From: Muribaculaceae bacterium
GTDB taxonomy: Bacteria; Bacteroidota; Bacteroidia; Bacteroidales; Muribaculaceae
DNA length: 64,000 bases
Direction: 5' to 3'
NCBI GenBank assembly: GCA_051878455.1
Contig: JBJEKD010000047.1
Span: 10,993 to 74,992, forward strand
The translations under genes were made by a program, and so were the position numbers. The notes beneath the pieces were generated by a model that was not told the DNA's origin, made no database searches, and worked only from the letters and a program-made list of their open reading frames with translations. Each line of letters begins with the position of its first letter. The first letter of the stretch is position 1. Positions 1 to 8,617 of this stretch are shown here, in pieces.

Positions 1-3000
1 GTTGCCAACAAACTGACCATTTACTGAATAAATGCTCACTTGTGCGCCTTCATCAATGCCCGAAACATACAACACGTCGCTTGTAGGCACTGGATATACA
101 CTCACCTCGCCATTCGATTCAACAGGGCTGCTAATGCCCGAAGGCTTGGCGGCACCAAGTTGGTCGAGACATACATACGAAGGCACGCCGCTTTGCGAGG
201 CTGAAACATTCACAGTGAGTTTTACCACACTGCCAAGACCGCTAAGGTCAACCCAACGCCATTGCTTCAACATATAGTGTTCGGCTTCGTCTTCTGAAGT
301 GTAATCAGCAAGATAGTAATCCACCGTGCTTGTGTTATTATCAGCATCGTAGCCTGTAAACGTCACTTTAAAATAATCGCCGGTGGTAAACGCGTTGGTG
401 TAACTATCACCCTCGGTCATGCTTTTTACTGCCCATGCCGTGTTGTTGATATATACGCCCGGAATGGTTATACCATCAATGCTGTTGGTGACATCGATTG
501 TCGGCGTTGAATAATATCCCGAATAAACCACTGCATAAGCGCCGGTGTTGTCGGCTCCACCGCCGGCAGCATTGTTATACTGGTCGTTGAGTATTGTATA
601 ACTGTCATCGGTACTATTGGCATAAGCAAACGATTCCCAATAACTCCACGCCGATATTCTATAATTGTTAAAGGCAAACGAGCCGCTATAGAACGTGTCG
701 CCATTATCAACGTCGCCATTCCACCAAAAGTTTTCAGCGAGGTAATTGTCGTCGAATGTGGCATTAGCCATATCACCAAGCACATACACGGCTGTTTTAG
801 CCTCAACGCTTTGCCCGTCGGCACTGGTCACCGTCAATCGGTATTGACTTGTAACCGTTGGCTTAATCGCAAGTGTCGATTCTGTGCCAACCACTTCGTT
901 CATCTGATTGCGCCACTCATAAGCATACGGTTCATCACCGCCACTCACCGTTGGCTCAATAACGACGTCAGTTCCGGCATCAACAAGGTCGTAGATTGAC
1001 GACAAGTCGAGAGTTAAATCTGCGATGGTGCGTTTTGTGGTGATAACATCCGTAGCCACCACATCCGACTGAATACCAAGCGCACTCACTACCATAAAGT
1101 ATATCTTATAGTCGGTCTGCTGGTCGAGGTCGTCAAACGCTGTTGCCAACTCTGCATCTGCTATGCAATCTTCAGCATCGGTTGCAAGCATAGCCTCAGC
1201 ATCAGGAGCATCTTCATCGGCTTTCTGCAATTTAGCATAAAGTTTGCCGCTCACATTCCATTTGGTTTTCACGCTTATTGCCGCATCGCTCACGCTGCTC
1301 ACCACTGGATAGCCTTCAGCCATAACAGGTTTTTCAAAGGCAATTTCCGAGTATTCATAAGCACCATAAGTCGGGGTGGAAGCATTGCGCTCTGTGCCCT
1401 CAATGTCAACCGTCACCTCGCTCAATGGAGTAGCGCCAAGCATATTGCCAGCCGACATCAGTCGCAAGTCGGTTTCGCTCACAAACTCTGCCTTTTCGAA
1501 GATACTTGCTTCATCGCCCGTAATCTGTGCATAATCGTCAAGCGTGGTTGCCAAGTCTTTCACCAATATGTCTCCGGCAGCATAATAAGCATTGTTATTC
1601 AGCCCTAAAGCCTTCATGTGGGTCTCGCTATTGAGGTATAGCACAGCCGAACCAGTGGCAAAACTTTGCAGAAGGTTGTTCTCAATCTTAAAGTTTGCCA
1701 AGTCGACAGTTGTTCCGCCGACGTAGAAGGCATATCCTGCCACACCGCCAACGCGCACCGTGTTGTGCAGCACTTTCATGTTGCGCGAGTCGGCAGCAAC
1801 ATACAATGCCGAGGTGTAAGCATTAGGCGATGCGGTTACTGAAATCACATTGTTATAAATCAAAGCCGGACGTTCATCGTCGCCTTGAGTGGTGGTGCGT
1901 ATATACAAGCCATTGCTATAATACGCCTGTGTGTTTATAAGCACATTGTTGCGTACAATGAGTTCACCACGGCATCGCGAAATGTCAATACTGCTATAAT
2001 TGGTCTTTTGTGTTTTGGTTGATGTCACCACATTTGCTTCAATAAGTGCATCTATTTCATCGCACACATAAATGCCTTTCGAGCCAGCATCGGTAATGGT
2101 GTTGCGACGCACCACAAGCCCTTGTTCTCTGGTGTACATCACATAACTTGTACCTCCAAGATACAAAGCAATATATCCGCCCTCAAATGCACAATCTTCA
2201 ATGGTCATAAAGTCGTTGTTGCAAGCCTCATCGTTGAGTGCCTCTGCTTTCACCAAACTCATTCCTGACGACCCTGTAATCACTGGGTCGGCTTTCACAA
2301 CACAATTTTTGAGTGTGAAATGGCGGCTTTGATTATAAACGTGCACTGCATAGGGATATGACTGGCTTTGTGGTTCAAAAGTCAAATTTTCAAGCGTTAC
2401 ATACGCTGTGTGAGCCACTGCAAACATACCAAATTTCGTTTCGCCATACGCCGGTTCAGTGTAACCCGAGCCGGTGATTATCACCTTTGTGCGGTCGCCT
2501 GAACGAGAGGCAAATTTTATGCTATGCTCAGCCGAAACGCCATCAACATGGTTAATCATCACGTTTTCGGCATAAGTGCCGTCCTCAATCAAGAATGTCA
2601 CAGCACCCTCAACGCCATTGGCAAGCGCGTCAACAGCATCGTTGATGGTTGCATAATCAGCATCACTCGAGGCACCAATCACAAACTCACCTTTCAAGCC
2701 CTCTGTCACGCTGCGAGTGGCAGCAACAGCATCAATCTTTTCCGCAGCAATGTCTTCTCCGCCTATGGTCAGCGAAGCCAATTGTGCAGTTATGGCATTG
2801 TCCTTTTGCGCATCGGCAGCAACATCCACTGCAAGCCAGAAGTTATATTCGCCATCACTGGTGAGGCTCATTTCTTCGTCAGGTTCAAGAACCACCTCTC
2901 CATCACTTGGCACAGCACTCGCAAGCAGTTTTCCGTTGCCGAAATTCTCTGCCGAAGCGGTATAGAAAAGTTTAGCCATAGTGACATCGCTTTCATCAGT

Positions 3001-6000
3001 GGTGCCATTGAAAGAGAACTTAAATGAATCTACTGTCAAAGCATTTTTGTCGCCTGTCACCTCTAATTTCACCTGCAACAATTCTGCATCAGTTGAGCCT
3101 CGCACAATTCCGCTCTTGGCAGATGCCGCTGCTGACGTTACAGCAGAAACCTCGTAGTTCTCACGCTGATGCAACCCGATTTCAACCTCGAAACCGGCGG
3201 TAAGCGTGGCGTATGATGTGGTGACAAAACGTATAGTTATCGAACCATCGGCAGCCTTCGACACCAAGTCGACCGGTCCTGTTGTTCCACTGAAATAAGA
3301 TGTCGTGCCAAGCAAATTATCGGCATTCACCTCACGTCCGCTATACAGATAGAACTTTCCTGTTCCGGTAGCAAACTGCTTTGAAGTGATGCTCACAATA
3401 GCATCTTCTACGCCCGGAACAAACGTAACAGTTCCATCGAAACTATTCGAGAATTTACCATCCGGACCACCGTCGTCGTAAAGGAGTAGCGAACGTGTCA
3501 CCGTAATCACTCCGTTATCACCATTTGCCAAAATCATTTGGTTCTTCACAGTGAGTTCGCCTTCAGGGTCGCCATCGGCAATGTTAACGGTTTCACCATC
3601 GGCAGTGGTGAGCGAAACAATTTTAGCATCAATTATAGCATCGCTTTCGGCATCGGCAGAAACATCAGCCACCAACCATAAATAGTGGTGTTCGTTTGAC
3701 AGTTCCAACGACCCTTTCACCTGCAAATCGCCTTCGCCCAACTCGGTGACGCTGCCAAATTCTGTGTCAGCCTGGGCAAAATCGGCAACATCTGCCGAAC
3801 TCATCACAGCAATTTTGCTGATGCTTGCCTGAGTGCCTTTCAGGTTCAAAGTCACGCCGGTTAATTCTTTGCTCGTTAACGTGCCTTCAGTGGCAACATC
3901 AACACACAACAACTGCACCGATTCGCTGCCAGGGGTTACGTTGCCGCTGCCCACCTGACTTACCTTAACATCTGTTATGGTCATGTCGTGGTTGATGAAC
4001 GGAGCAACCGTAGCCTTCCATCCTGTTCCGGCATAGTAACTCGTTTCGGTATTAGGGTTGAAGTTGATTGTAAGCGAGCCATCGTCGGCTGTTGAATAGA
4101 GTTTCTTGCCGGGACCTGTTGTCGCCTCGTCGGCAGAACTCAACTTCCATAACAAATTATTGCTGTCGACAGTCGTTCCGCTATACACCTCAAACACCGC
4201 TTTCACGCCGTAACTCGACGACGAATAGTACACATCAAATTCACTGAAATCAATTACAGCCTTTGCACTTGCATCGCCAGGAGTGAATGTTACTATATAA
4301 TCAGCCATCTCATATTCATATTTCGATGGCGATATCGAACTCTTGGTGTCAGTGAAAGTCCATGTATCGTAAATGGTGTGACTGTGAGAGCCCATCACAG
4401 CGTGGCACACGTTATCAACCAAACGGGTGGTGCTCACAGCCTCGGCAGGGGCGTTTTTCACATCGTCGACAGTTACACTACCAAGTGTCAAACCAAGCGT
4501 CTGACCATTGCGGGCATCATCAGCCACATCAACTGTCACGGCAAAATAATTGTTTCCTTCCGAAAGCGGCTTCTCACCTGAAATGCTCACCATATCGCCT
4601 TCAACCGTTGCTTCGCCAAACAATTCTGCTGTGGAGAACGTGGCTGTTTCGCCAAGATAATACACCTTAACGCTCTTAATTGCCGAAGCGCCCTCGGTCA
4701 CAGCAAGGTCAATAGCGCTTACGTTTAACGGATTCAACTGATTGTCGGCAACCACTTTAACCAACACAAACTGCGAGTCTTTATCGCCAGCCGACAGAGT
4801 TGCGTCACTTGCCACACTGCCCGATACCGACTTCAACGTCATGTTGCCGGGCACAAACTGCGAAACCGTTGCCTCCCAGCCATCGGCAGCAACTCCTGTG
4901 ATACTTTTTAGCGTCACCGTGAGCGAACCGTCGTCGGCTGTCGACTTCACAATCTTGCTGCTCTCGCTAAGCAATGTGTACAGCAAATTTGCTTCGTCGG
5001 CTTCACGCCCGTTATATATCTTCAGCACATCGTTATATCCAATCGTTGATGTGTTGAATATAGCAAGTTTTGTGAAATCGATTTTCACTTTACTGCCTTC
5101 TGTGGCAGGCACAAATGTTACTTGACCCTCAAAATTGAGCGTAATCTTGCCGGTTTTGCCGCCGTCGTCATAGAACTCGGCATCGTCGCCAATAGTGAAA
5201 ACAGTGGCATCCGACGGCATCAGTATCACATTGTCAACAATCACGCCATCGCCTTGCACGGCAGATAGAGTACGCTCCTCGCCCAACACTTTCACCACGG
5301 ATATCATTGGCGAAGGAATGGTGCCGCTTGCATCGGGCTGCACATCGGCAACCACAATAAAATCGTTGGATTTTGGTTTCAGAGTGAGGTTCTCAACTTT
5401 CAGTTCATCACCCACAACCGCTGCTGTGGCAAGCAGATTATCATCCGAAACCGAACCTCGGTAGAGGCGCACATTGCTCACCTGTGTGCTTTCGGTGAGA
5501 GCAGCGCAATCAATGCTAAGTTCGTCGAGCGTCAAGGCATTGTTGCCACCATCGGTCACTACGCTGACGCCGAAAATGGTTTGGTTTTTGCTGCCACGAG
5601 TTACATTGGCAAGACCGCTCATCACCGTGGTGCCAACATACTCCATATCTTTTGGCGAAACAGCCATTATAGTGGCTTTCCAACCTGCTCCAGTGCCCGA
5701 CCCTTTACAATGATAAAGAACCGACAACTGTCCCGAGACAGCTGTATAGCTTTGCCCTGCAGTGCTTCCGCTCAGCTCTGCCAAATAGCCTGACTTCACT
5801 TCACTGTTGTGGTAACTTGTAAACTCGGCATCACCATCATAGATATATAGTTTTGCCACTCCACCTAAATCAAGTTCCTCAAAGGTTATCACCAATTGGT
5901 CGCCCTCATTGGCAGGCACAAAACGCACGTAGCCGGCATAGTAGCCCTTGGTGTTGCCGGTGGGGCCACCCATGTCGTAGAAGGTGATTGTCCCATCCAC

Positions 6001-6114
6001 AACCTTTTCCGCAATAAAACCGTCGCTGGTGGGCATTGTGTAGTCGTCGGCATGCACAGCAAACGCAATGCACATAAGTGCAAACGACGTAAACAAATGT
6101 AGAAATCTTTTCAT
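1..6114 (-). CDS. Giant secreted/cell-surface protein, probable T9SS cargo. The 3' end is cut by the window edge and at least 2038 aa are present. Order of parts: signal peptide, 4x [CUB-like + beta-sandwich] modules, right-handed beta-helix, FN3/PKD-like Ig domains, DUF4465-like domain, T9SS C-terminal sorting domain.
   Basis: The ORF is not in the track because no stop codon lies in the window. I reverse-complemented every 60-nt line and translated in the frame of ATG 6114..6112; no stop occurs down to base 1. The N-terminus MKRFLHLFTSFALMCIAFAVHA/DDY is a signal peptide. FYDDGG..VTFVP motifs recur. Beta-helix rungs are present (IVRNNVLIN, LIYNNVISV, VLHNTVRV, KIENNLLQS). A PKD-like stretch reads EPTVSGGDEPYAYEWRN. 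The DUF4465-like stretch reads ATFDDNYLAENFWWNG..FYSGSFAFNNY..SYWESFAYANSTDD..PSYVCLDQLG. The last residues, VSVYPVPTSDVLYVSGIDEGAQVSIYSVNGQFVGN, fit the T9SS CTD pattern. Confidence 0.85.
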   Translation of the reverse strand, partial: MKRFLHLFTSFALMCIAFAVHADDYTMPTSDGFIAEKVVDGTITFYDMGGPTGNTKGYYAGYVRFVPANEGDQLVITFEELDLGGVAKLYIYDGDAEFTSYHNSEVKSGYLAELSGSTAGQSYTAVSGQLSVLYHCKGSGTGAGWKATIMAVSPKDMEYVGTTVMSGLANVTRGSKNQTIFGVSVVTDGGNNALTLDELSIDCAALTESTQVSNVRLYRGSVSDDNLLATAAVVGDELKVENLTLKPKSNDFIVVADVQPDASGTIPSPMISVVKVLGEERTLSAVQGDGVIVDNVILMPSDATVFTIGDDAEFYDDGGKTGKITLNFEGQVTFVPATEGSKVKIDFTKLAIFNTSTIGYNDVLKIYNGREADEANLLYTLLSESSKIVKSTADDGSLTVTLKSITGVAADGWEATVSQFVPGNMTLKSVSGSVASDATLSAGDKDSQFVLVKVVADNQLNPLNVSAIDLAVTEGASAIKSVKVYYLGETATFSTAELFGEATVEGDMVSISGEKPLSEGNNYFAVTVDVADDARNGQTLGLTLGSVTVDDVKNAPAEAVSTTRLVDNVCHAVMGSHSHTIYDTWTFTDTKSSISPSKYEYEMADYIVTFTPGDASAKAVIDFSEFDVYYSSSSYGVKAVFEVYSGTTVDSNNLLWKLSSADEATTGPGKKLYSTADDGSLTINFNPNTETSYYAGTGWKATVAPFINHDMTITDVKVSQVGSGNVTPGSESVQLLCVDVATEGTLTSKELTGVTLNLKGTQASISKIAVMSSADVADFAQADTEFGSVTELGEGDLQVKGSLELSNEHHYLWLVADVSADAESDAIIDAKIVSLTTADGETVNIADGDPEGELTVKNQMILANGDNGVITVTRSLLLYDDGGPDGKFSNSFDGTVTFVPGVEDAIVSITSKQFATGTGKFYLYSGREVNADNLLGTTSYFSGTTGPVDLVSKAADGSITIRFVTTSYATLTAGFEVEIGLHQRENYEVSAVTSAAASAKSGIVRGSTDAELLQVKLEVTGDKNALTVDSFKFSFNGTTDESDVTMAKLFYTASAENFGNGKLLASAVPSDGEVVLEPDEEMSLTSDGEYNFWLAVDVAADAQKDNAITAQLASLTIGGEDIAAEKIDAVAATRSVTEGLKGEFVIGASSDADYATINDAVDALANGVEGAVTFLIEDGTYAENVMINHVDGVSAEHSIKFASRSGDRTKVIITGSGYTEPAYGETKFGMFAVAHTAYVTLENLTFEPQSQSYPYAVHVYNQSRHFTLKNCVVKADPVITGSSGMSLVKAEALNDEACNNDFMTIEDCAFEGGYIALYLGGTSYVMYTREQGLVVRRNTITDAGSKGIYVCDEIDALIEANVVTSTKTQKTNYSSIDISRCRGELIVRNNVLINTQAYYSNGLYIRTTTQGDDERPALIYNNVISVTASPNAYTSALYVAADSRNMKVLHNTVRVGGVAGYAFYVGGTTVDLANFKIENNLLQSFATGSAVLYLNSETHMKALGLNNNAYYAAGDILVKDLATTLDDYAQITGDEASIFEKAEFVSETDLRLMSAGNMLGATPLSEVTVDIEGTERNASTPTYGAYEYSEIAFEKPVMAEGYPVVSSVSDAAISVKTKWNVSGKLYAKLQKADEDAPDAEAMLATDAEDCIADAELATAFDDLDQQTDYKIYFMVVSALGIQSDVVATDVITTKRTIADLTLDLSSIYDLVDAGTDVVIEPTVSGGDEPYAYEWRNQMNEVVGTESTLAIKPTVTSQYRLTVTSADGQSVEAKTAVYVLGDMANATFDDNYLAENFWWNGDVDNGDTFYSGSFAFNNYRISAWSYWESFAYANSTDDSYTILNDQYNNAAGGGADNTGAYAVVYSGYYSTPTIDVTNSIDGITIPGVYINNTAWAVKSMTEGDSYTNAFTTGDYFKVTFTGYDADNNTSTVDYYLADYTSEDEAEHYMLKQWRWVDLSGLGSVVKLTVNVSASQSGVPSYVCLDQLGAAKPSGISSPVESNGEVSVYPVPTSDVLYVSGIDEGAQVSIYSVNGQFVGN
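2650..6048 (-). repeat. Intragenic protein-level tandem repeat: four divergent copies of a ~265-290 aa bi-domain module (CUB-like jelly-roll, then a beta-sandwich).
   Basis: From the hand translation, the first half of each module reads TFYDMGGPTGN..YVRFVPANEG (nt ~5990-5890), EFYDDGGKTGK..VTFVPATEG (~5180-5100), YIVTFTPGDAS..GWKATVAPF (~4290-3970) and LLYDDGGPDGK..VTFVPGVED (~3480-3400). The second half of each module ends in DFIVVADV, NYFAVTVDV, HYLWLVADV and YNFWLAVDV respectively. The copies are too diverged to form a DNA-level repeat. Confidence 0.6.
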
Positions 6115-6397
6115 CTTTCTGATAGTTAGTAAGTTATTAAAAAAATCACATAAACCAAACCTTATGGCTTTTTCTATGCACATTCAAAATTTTTTAAGAA
6201 CTCACTTTTGCCCAATTCGAGACAGCCATATGCAATTACATAACACCAACCTAATCAACGCTTAGGTGTGAGCAAAGGCACAATAGGCCAACCAATATCT
6301 TCTTTTTCTACTCTGGAAGAAAAACGAGAGATAAAGAAAAAAAAGAAATTGCAGAATAGCAGCCCCAAACCTCGAGGGCAAAAGCAGTTCCTAATGA

Positions 6398-6595
6398 TTT
6401 GGCAGGTCTTCTGACTTTGCTCGGCCTGTGTGATTCGGTTACCTTCCCGTTGCCTTTACAGACAGACAACAGTGGCATTTCCATGCCGAATCAGGCTTAA
6501 TGTTGATGAGCATTACAGCAGCGGGTCTGTTCGGGATTCTCACCCGATTCCCTTTTCAGCCAACAGACGATGGTTCCATTCTGTCAGCCACCAAA
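6398..6595 (-). promoter_or_regulatory. Cobalamin (B12/cobamide) riboswitch aptamer.
   Basis: The minus strand reads uuugguggcugacagaauggaaccaucgucuguuggcugaaaagggaaucgggugagaaucccgaacagacccgcugcuguaaug...aaaugccacuguugucugucuguaaaggcaacgggaagguaa...agucagaagaccugccaaa. This contains the conserved core (AGGGAA..GGUG.GAAUCC....CCGCUGCUGUAA), the GCCACUG B12 box, GGGAAGG, and AGAAGACCUGCC. A closing P1 is formed by uuugg/ccaaa and cugac/gucag. Confidence 0.85.
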
Positions 6596-6613
6596 CATTT
6601 CCATTTCTGCGAA

Positions 6614-6621
6614 CAAAGATA
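6614..6621 (-). promoter_or_regulatory. Bacteroidota sigma-A type -7 box (TAtcTTTG) driving the riboswitch leader.
   Basis: The reverse complement of caaagata is tatctttg, matching TAnnTTTG. It lies ~18 nt upstream of the first aptamer base and downstream of the stop of the preceding gene. Confidence 0.5.
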
Positions 6622-6789
6622 ATGTGTTTTTTTCAATTTCCAAGCAACTACCCCAAAATTTCATAAAATATTCTGTGCTCAACTCACTATCTTCACCGCT
6701 CAATAATTAAATTAGGACACTTACTAACAAATAATTACACTCGCATCGCTCCATATCGCAACTTTGCGCTGACATCCATTCAGGCATAT

Positions 6790-7560
6790 TCAATGGCGGC
6801 TCTGGGCAAACAGCCACGACATGAAATCAGGCATCGAAAAGGCTGGATTCCAACTGCCGTGTCCCACACCCGGGAACTCGATATACTTCACATCTGCACC
6901 CACAGCACGCAGTTTTCTATAAGCCTCACGCGAGCCATCAAGGGGCACTGTGGTGTCGGCATCGCCATGATATATGCTCCATTTGGTGTGCTTCACTGCA
7001 TCAGTGATACGCTCCGGATTAACACTGCCGCAAATAGGCACAGCCGCCGCAAAGAGTTCGGGATAGCGAATCACCATATCGTAGGTGGACATTGCGCCCA
7101 TCGAAAGTCCAATCACATACACCCTACAAGGGTCAACGTTCGGCTCGGCAAGATACTTCTCAATTAATGCGTGCACACATCGTATAAACGCTGTCGGTTG
7201 CTCCTGAATGGGCATTTCCTGCGGAACAAGCGACCTAGGACGAGCAAAATAGGCTCCATATTTCCCATTCGGGCATTGCGGGAACACCACATAACAAGGA
7301 TATTTTTCGCGATTAACGGGATTCAGAAACTGTTGCGAGCCATGAAGAAGTTGCGCCTCATTATCATCGCCGCGTTCGCCGGCACCGTGAAGAAACACCA
7401 CAAGCGGATAACGCTTATTCTGCTCAACTTGCTGCGGAGCAATAGCGCAATAGCGCAATGTGTCGCCATCGCTAATCAGTTCACACTTCGTAAATTTCTC
7501 TTGAGCCACGGCTGCAATGCTTATCGCGATTGCTAAAAGTGCCGACAAAAAATGTTTCAT
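6790..7560 (-). CDS. Secreted alpha/beta-hydrolase (carboxylesterase/peptidase S9-like fold).
   Basis: 256-aa ORF with signal peptide MKHFLSALLAIAISIAAVAQ. It carries an LVVFLHGAGERG oxyanion region, a GLSMG nucleophile elbow, and distal D and H residues (HGDADTTVP, GHGSW). Confidence 0.8.
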   Translation of the reverse strand: MKHFLSALLAIAISIAAVAQEKFTKCELISDGDTLRYCAIAPQQVEQNKRYPLVVFLHGAGERGDDNEAQLLHGSQQFLNPVNREKYPCYVVFPQCPNGKYGAYFARPRSLVPQEMPIQEQPTAFIRCVHALIEKYLAEPNVDPCRVYVIGLSMGAMSTYDMVIRYPELFAAAVPICGSVNPERITDAVKHTKWSIYHGDADTTVPLDGSREAYRKLRAVGADVKYIEFPGVGHGSWNPAFSMPDFMSWLFAQSRH

Positions 7561-7591
7561 GGCAGTTGTTTTTATGATTGTTTATAATCGA

Positions 7592-7599
7592 CAAAAATA
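7592..7599 (-). promoter_or_regulatory. -7 box TAttTTTG for the esterase gene.
   Basis: The reverse complement of caaaaata is tatttttg, 32 nt upstream of ATG 7560. Confidence 0.4.
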
Positions 7600-7721
7600 C
7601 GGAAAATTCCAGACATCAACCGCCAAATTATCAACATTTTGCATTTTTGCAATGAAACGTCTAACGTCGTCTGTCGATTTGCAATGAAAGAAAACCGTTT
7701 GGCCACCGGATTTTAAAGGCT

Positions 7722-7761
7722 ATAAAAAAGGATGGAAAGAACAATAATTGTCTTTCCATCC
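7722..7761 (-). terminator. Rho-independent terminator after the BI-1/YccA gene.
   Basis: 11-bp perfect stem ggatggaaaga/tctttccatcc with a 9-nt loop, followed on the minus strand by UUUUUUAU. Confidence 0.75.
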
Positions 7762-7808
7762 CCCATTAAACTGGCGTAACTATAATGTTGTATTGTTTTC
7801 TACATTTA

Positions 7809-8516
7809 TTAATTACGGCTGCTGCCAAAGAAGCGCAGCAAATAAAGGAACAGGTTAACAAAGTCGAGATACAAACTCAATGCGCCGACCGTTGCCAACT
7901 TTTCGGCAGTAACACCGTCGGTTGTATAAGCCGCCATTCTCTTAATCTTTTGAGTGTCCCATGCGGTAAGTCCGATAAAGATTGCCACACCTACAAGACT
8001 GATTATCCATTCCAAGCCACTGCTCTTGAGAAAGATGTTAACTACCGAGCAGACAATCAAGCCTATAAGAGCCATAAACATTATCGAGCCAAACTTTGTT
8101 AAATCGTTCGATGTGATGAAGCCATAGATGCTCATTGCTGCAAACACCCCTGCGGTGATGAGGAATGTCATGCCAACCGATGTTGATGTGTAAAGCAACA
8201 GAATTGCTGAAAACACAACGCCTGTGAGCACACTATACAGGTAGAACAATAACGAGGCTGTGAAAATGCTCATTTTGTTGATACGTCCCGAAAGCATCAC
8301 TACCACCAAAATCTGCGATATAATCAACCCAAATGTAACAAACGAATTGCCAAAGATGAGTTGCAAGATTGTTTCGTTGGTCGACACATACATCGAAGTG
8401 ACTGCTGTCACCAACATTGCCACAAACATCTTAACGTAAACTCTGCGCATCACCTTGTTGACCAATGTGCCGGAACTTACGGTTGACGATTGTACATAAT
8501 TAAAATTGTCGTTCAT
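7809..8516 (-). CDS. Bax inhibitor-1/YccA family inner-membrane protein.
   Basis: 235 aa with ~7 hydrophobic helices. The N-terminal ..VMRRVYVKMFVAMLVTAVTS.. and C-terminal FVNLFLYLLRFFG pattern are typical of the family. Confidence 0.8.
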   Translation of the reverse strand: MNDNFNYVQSSTVSSGTLVNKVMRRVYVKMFVAMLVTAVTSMYVSTNETILQLIFGNSFVTFGLIISQILVVVMLSGRINKMSIFTASLLFYLYSVLTGVVFSAILLLYTSTSVGMTFLITAGVFAAMSIYGFITSNDLTKFGSIMFMALIGLIVCSVVNIFLKSSGLEWIISLVGVAIFIGLTAWDTQKIKRMAAYTTDGVTAEKLATVGALSLYLDFVNLFLYLLRFFGSSRN

Positions 8517-8617
8517 TTTTAATCTTCTTTTTTTTAACTAATAGTTCACATTTTGTTCATTCAATACTGATATGACAAAATTTACTAACAAAGGTTTAAT
8601 CGTTTAACCCCTTTTCA

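Noticed and set aside
2524-5793. Plus-strand track ORFs inside 1..6114 (for example 2524..3027 of 167 aa, 4742..5125 of 127 aa, 4362..4670, and 5195..5793).
   Set aside because: All lie antisense to a continuously open 2038-codon minus-strand frame with clear domain signatures. Their translations are low-complexity (Ser/Thr/Ala/His-rich) with no recognisable motifs, which is typical of shadow ORFs.
6115-6183. In-frame upstream ATG (6183..6181) that would add 23 residues to the giant protein.
   Set aside because: The extension MCIEKAIRFGLCDFFNNLLTIRK would bury the otherwise ideal signal peptide starting MKRF at 6114. I cannot fully exclude it without N-terminal data.
6350-6397. Possible intrinsic terminator (GCCC..GGGC stem before the U-tract) as the riboswitch expression platform.
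   Set aside because: Only 3-4 base pairs can form, which is too weak to call by eye. I kept it as an open question in the findings rather than as a feature.
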